NCBI RefSeq assembly: GCF_001194135.2
Contig: NC_069001.1
Location: 37,980,914 to 38,044,913, forward strand
Length of the DNA: 64,000 nt
Direction: 5' to 3'
Origin: Octopus bimaculoides
Taxonomy: Eukaryota
The notes under the pieces are model-generated. The model did not search any database. It was not told the origin of the DNA and saw only the letters and a program-made list of their open reading frames with translations. The position numbers and the translations under genes were made by a program. Shown here piece by piece: positions 13,650 through 25,100 of this stretch. Position 1 is the first letter of the stretch; every line of letters starts with the position of its first letter.

Positions 13650-16600
13650 NNNNNNNNNNNNNNNNNNNNNNNNNNNNNNNNNNNNNNNNNNNNNNNNNNN
13701 NNNNNNNNNNNNNNNNNNNNNNNNNNNNNNNNNNNNNNNNNNNNNNNNNNNNNNNNNNNNNNNNNNNNNNNNNNNNNNNNNNNNNNNNNNNNNNNNNNNN
13801 NNNNNNNNNNNNNNNNNNNNNNNNNNNNNNNNNNNNNNNNNNNNNNNNNNNNNNNNNNNNNNNNNNNNNNNNNNNNNNNNNNNNNNNNNNNNNNNNNNNN
13901 NNNNNNNNNNNNNNNNNNNNNNNNNNNNNNNNNNNNNNNNNNNNNNNNNNNNNNNNNNNNNNTATATATTTCTCCAAATTTTTTTTCTCCGTGTTTTTCT
14001 CCTTGTCTCCGTATTCTTTCTGTTGAAGAGCGTAGCTCGAAACGTCAAAGACTTTCCGTATTCCCAAGCGTCATACTAATATATACTTTTGTTATTTACA
14101 CCACCTGTCCTCGTCTGTTGTTATTATTTTTCCTAGAGCCAACGACTTACTCGATAGTGATGGTCACTACCCCACCACCCCACAAACTGTAGAAGACAAA
14201 GAGAGGAGGGGAGGCGAGAGAAAGAGAGAGTGAGGGAGGCAGGAGGCGCGGGGTGATAATGGACTGATCCTCATCAAACAACGTGGCCAGCTGTGACTAC
14301 CTTTTTATGGTTTTATTGTATTATTTTTCCTCTGTTCATTGCATGGTTGTGTAGGTAATGATGCCAAGGTAGTTTGAAAAGCCAGGTGTTACCTTTCTGT
14401 CATTCTGATAAGCTAGGTGAGGTTTCAATACAAACCCTGCTGTTACAGCCATCACAGTGTGTTCACATGTCCAGGTAAGGAACCAAGTTCACTAGCATAT
14501 GTGCAGGCGTGGTTGTGTGGTAAGAAGCTTGGTTGGCAACCACATGGTTCCAGGTTCAGTCCCACGGCATGGCATCTTGGGAAAGTGTCTTCTACTATAG
14601 GCTCAAGCCGACCAAAGCCATGTGAGTGGATTTGGTAGACGGAAACTGAAAGAAGCCCATTGCGCATATACGTATACATGCGTGTGCACATGTGTGTGTG
14701 TGTGCATCTGTTTGTCCCCCACCACTGTCTGACAACTGCTGTTGGTGTATTTATGTTGGTATGTAGGTAGGGAGGGAGGGAGGNNNNNNNNNNNNNNNNN
14801 NNNNNNNNNNNNNNNNNNNNNNNNNNNNNNNNNNNNNNNNNNNNNNNNNNNNNNNNNNNNNNNNNNNNNNNNNNNNNNNNNNNNNNNNNNNNNNNNNNNN
14901 NNNNNNNNNNNNNNNNNNNNNNNNNNNNNNNNNNNNNNNNNNNNNNNNNNNNNNNNNNNNNNNNNNNNNNNNNNNNNNNNNNNNNNNNNNNNNNNNNNNN
15001 NNNNNNNNNNNNNNNNNNNNNNNNNNNNNNNNNNNNNNNNNNNNNNNNNNNNNNNNNNNNNNNNNNNNNNNNNNNNNNNNNNNNNNNNNNNNNNNNNNNN
15101 NNNNNNNNNNNNNNNNNNNNNNNNNNNNNNNNNNNNNNNNNNNNNNNNNNNNNNNNNNNNNNNGATGATGATGATGATGATGATGATATATATATTTGAG
15201 TGCATGCATATGTCAGTGGGTGTGTGCATTTGCATACAGACACACACACACACACTGACATCCACACCAACAAAAGGATGTGTTGTTCTGTTTCAATATT
15301 GAATTTATTTTACATTCTTACGTCTTCAATAAACAAACCTTTCCCAAAAAGTTTTATCGCCACAAATCATTATTTAATGTTTGTTCGACAAATTCTGATG
15401 TAGGTGAACAATGACATCAATATCAACAAGAACAAGACACACACACATCAACAACAACAACATTCTTATTGAATTTCTGTAATGGAAACATAAGCAGCAG
15501 ATGGCAACATAGATATTATAAGACATGAAAGCTGCATATATTTTAATATTGGATGAAGAAATGGGTGATGGGTTCAGAAGTTTGTTTTATAACAATGCTG
15601 TAATGGGTTCAATTCCTTGGCAAAGCAGCATCTTGGCTAGAGGTCTTCTGCCATAAATCTTGGATTGATTTATGATTGAAATCTGAGAAACAGGAATTTG
15701 ATGGGGAAGAGATTGCCATTCCTGTTTTTGGTTGGTAGTTTTAACCCTTTGCCTGCCGTATGTGTCACATGTGTTGCACAAGGCATATTTCCCTGATGTT
15801 CCTGCATCATTTTTAATACAAATTTCCAAATATTTTTAAATTGCTAGAATAATTTGAGACTTGCAAAAGGAAAGCTTTATGCAACTCAGAACATATGAAA
15901 CAAAGGCAAACTAAAAGTCTGGAAACAAGCACAGATTTTTAGGACAAAGCTATGAAAATGTGTTAGACAGGCAAAGTCTTAAATGTCAAACAATTGTCTC
16001 CATAGCTTGTGAGGGGCTGTGATTGCAACAGGAGCCTGATGGTGCGGTTAACCATTTGCCTGTCACATCTGATACACAGAACATATTTGCTTGATGTTCA
16101 TGCATCACATACAATACACATTTGCAATTATTTCCCCCCCACCAGAGTAATTTGGGACTTGTAAAAGGAAAGCTTTATCTTACTCAGAATGTATGAAACA
16201 AGAACCAACTAAAAACAAGGCTGAAAACAAGAATGGACGTTTAGGACAAAGTTTCGAAAATGTTTTGGACAGGAAAAATCTTAAATGTCAAACAATTGTC
16301 TCCATAGTTTGTGAGGGGCTGTGATTTCAGTGGTGGCTTGAAGCTGGGGTTAACCATTTGCCTTTCACATACGATACACAGGTTACAGTTCCCTGGTACC
16401 ACGTATGATACTCACTCTCCATTGTTCTTTTTTTTTAACCATTTGAGTAACTTTGGATTTATGAAAAGGAAGCTTTATATAAGTCAGAAGGAATGAAAGA
16501 AGGGCTGACCAAAAGTTTGAAATACAAGAATGGATATTTAGGAGAGATTTATGAGAATGCTTTAAGCAGGTAAAAAGGTTAATCTGACATAGATTTAACA

Positions 16601-17355
16601 TCACTGCTTGGTCCTTTGGCCGAAGATGGAATATCTTTGACCACTTTGATCGTATGTCTACCTGACCAACGCTGATCTGGAGCTGAACAACAACAACAAC
16701 AGGAAAAAAAAAAACTACTTGGTTAATCATTCTGTTAGAAATAACAACCAAATTTCTCTGAAACACCAGCATGCTGTGTGAGAAAAGAAGGACACATTGT
16801 TACAGGAAGAGAGAGAGAGAGAGAGAGAAACAAATGGGACAGTCATGGACGGAGCGTTTTTGACTATATGTTTGCTCATCAATCAGGGCTGACCTGGGAT
16901 GGAGATTATACAACAACAATAACAACAAAAGCAACAATAACCCCACTAACAACAAAAACATTAATTACAACAATAATAAAAGTAACAACAACAACAACAA
17001 CAAGGAGAATGTGTAAAAGAAGCAAAACCTGCAAGATTCACGGATGTCGTGTAGAGATCCTGCTCAGAGATGCGGGTACGATTATCCTCCTGGCAGAAAT
17101 CCCTGTAGAGGGGAGCATCACTCACTGTTACTGGAGTAAGCAGCATGTCCACACCATTGGCAAACACTTGATGGAAGTCAGTGGTGATGAGTCGGCGGAG
17201 TTTCATGGATTGGGCCACATATTTGTTGTAGTTGCTGTAGCATGGACAGTACAGAGAGAAAAAGAGAGAGAGAAAGGGATTAAAGTTGATGATATATTTG
17301 ATGAAATATATATTTCATCAAATACATATATATATATATATATACATACAAGTAT

Positions 17356-17436
<81 letters not shown>

Positions 17437-20230
17437 TATGTATATATATAGTTGAACAAACTGTTCCTAGGACTTATTTCTTCTTCTTCCTCCTTTCCTT
17501 CTCCTCCTCCTTGTACTTCACTTTTGTTTCCTGATCGTTTTCCTCCCTGCTCCTTCCCTTTTTCTCCCACCCACCACATCATATCCACCCCATATACTCA
17601 CCCCGCCTCCACACTTTTAACTTTGTTCTTTCTTTCTCCCCCCCACCAATAGTTCCCCAACAACAAGGTCTGAAGGACGCACAATGTAACAGTACACCTT
17701 TGATGGATGCAGGTCTGAGGAAGATCCCCTCCATTCTCTAAAACCCCAAGTATTACATGATAGAATTTCTGCGTAAACTGGCATCACAAATGGAGATGGG
17801 AGGGAAACATGTGTGACTAATAATTGAAGAGGGGTCAAAGAATTTTCCTTGTCTTCTTTTCATTGGATTATTTACTCTTTGCCAATCCATATGATGGTAT
17901 AATCATCATGAAACTTGGATTTCCTACACCAGAAGTATTCCAGCCTTGGTTTGGATCCTGACAGTGTTCATAGCCCAGCATTCAGGTCGAGTACTTCTCT
18001 GGAAAACCCCCCAACTTCACATCCAACCTGACCGTAGCCATTTGCTCTCTCTCTCTCTCTCATAAATATATGGTTAGGGCAGCGGACTCGTGGTCGTAGG
18101 ATCATGGTTTCGATTCCCAGACCGGGCATTGTGAGTGTTTATTGAGCGAAAACACCTTAAAAGCTCCATGAAGCTCCTGCAGGGGGTGGTGGTGAACCCT
18201 GCTGTACTCTTCCACCACAACTTTCTTTCACTCCTTCCTGTTTCTGTTGTGCCTGTATTTCAAAGGGTCAGCCTTGTCACACTCTGTGTCATGCTAAATC
18301 TCCCCGAGAACTACATTAAGGGTACACATGTCTGTGGAGTGCTCAGCCACTTGCACATTAATAAATGAGCTGCAACGTCACTAATGCCAAGCTGTATCGG
18401 CCCCTTTGCCTTTCCCTTGGATAACATCAGTGGCATGGAGAGGAGAGGCCGGTATGCATGGGCAACTGCTGGTCTTCCATAAAAAAAACCCTGCCCAGAC
18501 TTGTGCTTCGGAGGGTAACTTTCTAGGTGCAATCCCATGGTCATTCATGACCGAAGGGGGTCACAACAACAACAACACAACAATATAAATAATGTAAATA
18601 TATATCTTGAAATACAATACTTTATACATACATTGAAGCCAGGATGCTGTACCAAAGAAGTGTGTATATGATTAAATTATAATAATGGACCAAAAGAAAT
18701 AGCAGTTGAATCTTCCTCCAATCACAACTTAAATACTCAACCTGTTAGAAATAGCAGCCAAATCTACCTTACAACATAACCTAGCGACTAAACATCCTAA
18801 AAATTGGAGTCATATCCTCCTCTGATCACACAACCAACTAGAAGTTGCAGCTAAATCACCCTCGAATCACATGCAATCTGCAAAGACATCATTAAAATCT
18901 CCCTCCAGGTGCACCCGACCTGCTAGAAATAGATGCAAAATGCCCTTTCAGTTACACCTTGCCTCCGCAAAAACTTTCAGAAACAGCAGCCAAATCTACT
19001 TCACATTATTTACTACCAAATGAAAATAGGAAGGACACATTAGGAAAAATTAACCCAGAGTGTATATATATACTATGCCTGAAAAACAAAGACTAGATGG
19101 TCACATATGGAGTGTGTTAGTTAATTGGTCAGATGGATCAGGTCTCACATAGGAAAACAACAACAACAGCAGCAGCAGCAGTAGCAGCGATGAGACAAAA
19201 GTTTTCCATTACCATAACTGTCTTTGAAACATCTGTTACACTGTGTGAATGTGTGTGTGTGAATGCGTGTGTGTGTTTGTGTGTATTTACACACATACGT
19301 ATGCTTAGAAGTAGGCTCTGTGTATTGATTTTGTACACACACATGCAAATATATATATGTGTGTGTGTGTGTAAGTGTGTGTAGAAAATCAATACATAAA
19401 ATATACTTCTAAACAGTAGTTCATGCTACACATAGACCATCAGAACACACACATACGCATACATACATGCACACACACACATACTACATGAAGCACAAGT
19501 GTGGCCCAGTGGTTAAGAAACTTACTTCCCAATGACATGGTTTCAGGTTCAGTCCCACATCACAGCACATTGGGCAAGTGTCTGTCACTACTGCCATTGG
19601 ACCGACCAAAGCCTTCTGGTTGGATTAGGTTGGCAGAAACTAAAAGAAGCCTACCATGTGTGTGTGTGTGTGTGTTGTCTTTTACTTGTTTCAGTCATTA
19701 GATATATACACACACACATATATATATACGATGGGCTCCTCTCAGTTTCTGTCTATCAAATCCACTCACAAGGCTTGGTCGGCCCAAGGCTATAGAAGAA
19801 GACACTTGCCCAAGGTGCCACGCAGTGGGACTGAACCTGCAACAATCATGTGGCTGGTAAGCAAGCTACTTACCACACAGCCACTCCATGTGTGTGTGAG
19901 TGTGCATGCTTGTGCCTCTTGTAATGAGCCCCTGAAAGAATGAATGGCAAAACTGTCTAAGGCAGGGTTTGAACTCAGATTATAGGAATAAAAACTGCAA
20001 AATACTGTGTCTTGCATGTTGACAACTCTAAACACACACACCCTATCACAACCGCTACCACACTACATTCTACAGGTACACTACAACCACAACAGTCTAT
20101 GCTATACATGCATACAAACACACAATGAATTACATCAACACACACCCACACACACACAGAGCAACATCTGTCACACTGAGTAATCAAATATAAAATTTAA
20201 ATACTAGGATATAAGATAATGTAGTGGTGG

Positions 20231-20264
<34 letters not shown>

Positions 20265-20916
20265 GGTGGTGGTGGTGGTGAAGGCTAATGAGTCAGCCTT
20301 CCCCACCTCCGCCCTCCTTCCACCTTCATTTTTGTATTTTGGGTTTTTCATTTGTTATCTTTTACTTGTTTCAGTCAGTGGACTGTGGCCATGCTGGAAC
20401 ACCACGCTGAAGAGTCTAGTCGAGCAATTTTGACCCCAGAACTTATTTTCTAAGCTTGGTACTTATTCTATCAGTGTCGTTTGCCAAACTGCTAAGTCAC
20501 AGAGACAGACAAACACCAACTGTCAAGCGGTGGTGGGGGACAAACACAAAAACACAAAAACACATACATACATACACACATATATATACAATGAGCTTCT
20601 TTCAGTTTCCACCTACCTAGTCCACTCACCAGGCTTTGGCCAGCCTGGGGCTATTGTAGAAGACACTTGCCCAAGGTGCCAGGCAGTGGATTGAAACCCA
20701 AGACCCTCCTTACTAACCAGCTGACCATAAACAGAATATAAATTTATGACAGGTTTAAACTGTAATTCTGTTACCTTTTTAGTAAAAAATAATTGCCGGC
20801 CAGAATCCTTCCTCGGACAACATCGTTGAAACCTTGGTGCCGGCTGGTGGCATACAATTGCTCTGTGGAGGCCATAATATTAGCACGGTGACCTGCAAAG
20901 ATTGAAGGTAAACAAT

Positions 20917-20957
<41 letters not shown>

Positions 20958-20967
20958 NNNNNNNNNN

Positions 20968-21021
<54 letters not shown>

Positions 21022-22056
21022 ACATACCTATATCATCATTATTATTTAACATCCATGAGGATTGCACGAGGCCCCAGGTGTCTGCTTTGGCTTGGTTTCC
21101 ATGGTTGGGTGCCCTTTCTGACACCAACCACTTTACAGAAGGTACTGAGCACTTTTTAGGTGGCATCATCATCCTCATCATCATCTTTTCCATGCTGGCA
21201 TGGGTTGGCTGGTTTGACAAGATCTGGCAAGGCCAAGGGTTGCACCAGGTTTCATAATCTGTTTTGGCTTGATTTCTACAGCTGGTTGGCCCTCGTGCTG
21301 GTGGCACGTAAAAGCACCCACTACACTCTCAGAGTGGTTGGCATTAGGAAGGGCATCCAGCTGTAGAAACTCTGCCAGATCAGATCGGAGCCAGGTGCAG
21401 CCATCTGGTTCGCCAGTCCTCAGTCAAAGTGTCCAACCCATGCTAGCATGGAAAGCAGACGTTAAACGATGATGATGATACACACACATATATGTAGACT
21501 GTATGTTGAATGTATAACGCATGTCTCTAGATAAATATGTACACACACACACATTTGTGTCTGTGTTGAGGCTGTATGTTGAATGTGTACTGTGTGTAGG
21601 TGATATGTATGCCTCTTGTATATATGGTGTGTGTGTAGCTACAAGTAAGACAGAGAGAAGAGAGAAGAGAGAGTCACAACTTACCATATTTGATTCCATC
21701 ATATCTTGCCATGTTGGATGCCACCTCACAACAACACAACACTACATAACAGCTTGAACCGTAATTGAAGTGTGGTAATGATACATCTACTACCTTGGCG
21801 CCAGCCCTCTCTAACTGGTCTGAAACTCTTGTCCATTCCTCAATTATCTCTGAAGAAGCCGCAGACAAGTAAGCTTCCTGCAAACACAAAAAGTGCCAAC
21901 GTTTGGGTTATTTCATTAAGAATTTATTTTAATCTTTTCGTTGTCATATTTCGGTTGAAATGCTCTGGCTTTGTTTCAATTAATTTTGAAAATATTAAAA
22001 TATTGAAGAATTTAGTAAAGAATATATATATATATCTATATCTATCTATCTATTTA

Positions 22057-22100
<44 letters not shown>

Positions 22101-25100
22101 AATATATATATTGTGTAAGAGATGGGTTGACCAGATATAAAAATTCATAAAAATGTCAAAAGAAAAGAAAATGTACTTTACCTTAGGAATGCCCACTGTT
22201 ATACCAACCATTGAGGGATGCTCATCAATGGAGAGTGGCTGGAATTTATTGGTCACTGTAGTGGAGTCTTTGATGTCATGACCTCTCAAAATATCTGAAA
22301 TATATATGATGGATGGTGTAACATGTATAGGTATACATACAGACAGACAAACATACAGACAGACAAACATACACGCATATACATATACATGTATGTATGT
22401 ATATTAAGTTGGAAAGAAAGTCCTGTTGCTACTCACTGAATATTAAGGCAGCGTCATCTACTGTTTTAGCCAGGATACCAGGGACATCAAAGGAGTTGAC
22501 GAGAGGGATCAGCCCATATCTTGATAAACTGCCATAGGTTGGCTTCAGACCAACAATGCCACAATATGCAGCAGGGTTTCTAGTTGAGCCTCCAGTATCT
22601 GATCCTAGGGCCCTGGTGTAAAGAAGAAAGGAAGAAAAAATGAGAAAGAGAAAAATAGTTTTGTTAAATAAGTAGAATATGTGCTGCTGTGAAGGTTTAA
22701 TAAAGCTGAAACATGTACAGTTCTTCCCTCCCCTCCTCTCAATAAGGGTGGCTCTGCCATGCATTTAATTTCTAATTAGCATCCCTATATTTTTCTTGTC
22801 CGTCTGTGTCTCACCCCACTCTCTTTATATATATATATGTCACAAAAGTGACAGAGGGTACTAACTAGTATTGCTTTTGCTAAAAATAAGAGTTAAAACT
22901 CCAAAGTCACAAAAGCGCTGTCTTAATGACTGGCAAAGGGAGGTAAGTTAATAGTGTACCTAGATGGATCCCAATTTCAGATTTTGATGGAGACCATCTT
23001 AATCCTCATCAGCAACTCTTAATGCCTAGGGTTAAACTCAACATATTCTGTCAGTCTTATAAAATTTATCTCCCTTTGAGACAGTGCTTTTGTTTGGCTT
23101 TTGAGTTGTTTTAACTCTTATTTTTAGCAAAAGCGGTGCTAGTCACTACACTCTGTCATTTTTGTGACTTCTTTTAATTTTGGTTTTGGCTTCTAATTGC
23201 TAATAAACCACACCTTTTAATTTGTTGTTTACACTTTTACCATTTTGAAAATCAGCAAATGTTTTCAACGGTTTTTCTTATAAGACTGATGGAAGTAGTT
23301 GAATTTAACCCTAGGCATTAAGAGAAATTGGATGTCTTACCCAAATGCAATTCCTGAAGCCACTGCGACAGCGCTCCCACCAGAACTTCCTCCAGTAATG
23401 AACCAATCCTCATCATCCAGCCACTGTTTGTGTCGCCTTTCATGGCTTAACAAGTTGTCTGTCTGTTGGTCCCATGACCTCTGAGGAGGGGCCGAGCTGT
23501 CCTTTTCCTCATTTCCTGAGATGGTAGGTTGGATAGGTTTATCATTGTTACTCTCTAAATTTCCTTTCGGACCAGTCAAATGTTTGGTGCTGGAGCGGTC
23601 AAATGGATACTTCCAAGGATTCTTCACTGGCCCAAAATGGCTATCAATGCTGCCGGCCCTGAAAGTAGAAATATTCCATTTGATAACAAAATAAGAAAGA
23701 AACAAGATTTCAAGAAGAAAATCAAACAAAATTGAAAGACAAGACACAAATTTTCTCAGTTTGATCTTTGGGAACTGTTGTACCCTTAGATCACAGATCT
23801 GTGGAATTACGCAACTGAGGCAGTGAATCATCAGAGTTTAATTAAAGTGTTAAGAAGGATCATCATCGTATGAAATCCACTTTTCTGTGCTGGCATGGGT
23901 TGGACAGAATTTGTTGAGGCAGATTTTCCACAGCTGGATGCCTTCCCTGTCACCAACCCATACCTGTTTCCTGGCAAAGTATCTTCCGGTGGTCAGACAT
24001 GTTTTTCATTGAAGACTAGAAACAAACAACCCCGGCTGTATGATGGTGATATTCGTTTACAACCATCACATGATGTCAAGACACACATAAACACACAGAG
24101 GCATTCATACATATACACAACCACATCTTACCCATGCCAGCATGGAAAGTGGACATTAAATGTTGATGTCCAGCAGCAGGCTTTTTACAGTTTCTGTCCA
24201 CCAAATCCATTCTAAAAGGCTGGCCTGAGGCTAAGTGGGATAGTTGGACCCAATGGGAATGCCTTGTGGTGTTTGTTCCAACATTTTGCACTTTGAATTC
24301 AAGTCCCACCGAGGTCAACTTGGCTTTACATCCTTTCAAGGGTTAGAAGAACAGTAGCAATCACAGGTGGTGGGTTAGTGGGACTAGATACCTTGTGGTA
24401 TTGGTTCTGGCTCTTTGAAATCATCATCATCAGTATTGCAATAACACTACTTACCCCATGGCAAACTCGTCCATGTTTGTCTTACCAATTATGGTGGCAC
24501 CTTGTTGCAGTAATTTCTCTACAACTGTGGCATTGTAGGGTGGCATGTAATTGTGCAACATTGCTGAGGCACATGTTGTCCGTACACCTTCTGTACTAAA
24601 GTTGTCCTTAATGGCAAAAGGCAGACCTTGAAGTATCTTGGAGCAGCTGGTCTCTGAAATGTACATGCAGAAGAACATTATTATTATTATTATTATCATC
24701 ATCATTATTATAAGTATTATTATTATTATTATTATTAAGGTGGGGACCTGGAGGATTGTTAGCACACCCCGAGTAAAATGCTTAGTGGTATTTTGTCCTT
24801 CTGTACGTTCTGAGTTCAAATTCTGTCATCCAAACATTGGATTTGTTAGTTTCTATCCAGTCTCCCTGGCAGATGTTTGTGCCGAATGTGACTTTGGAGT
24901 CCAAGTCAGTGGTGAAAGAGTCATGGGCAGAATTCACACAGGGTGGTCAGTGCAGGTCGAGGATGTTGAAGACGCTCCTTTCTTCTCCTGTGCTTTACCT
25001 CCTCATTCTGTTGTCTGTTCTGCTCAAAGGAGCTGGCTCCATTGTGGATGGCAGTCCTCCAGTCCGTCCTATCCATGGCAATCTGTTCGCATGAGGATGG

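Noticed and set aside
16961-17028. Poly-Cys extension of the QRSL1 exon 9 ORF
   Set aside because: Read-through past the donor into a (TTG)n microsatellite; the conserved C-terminus is in exon 10.
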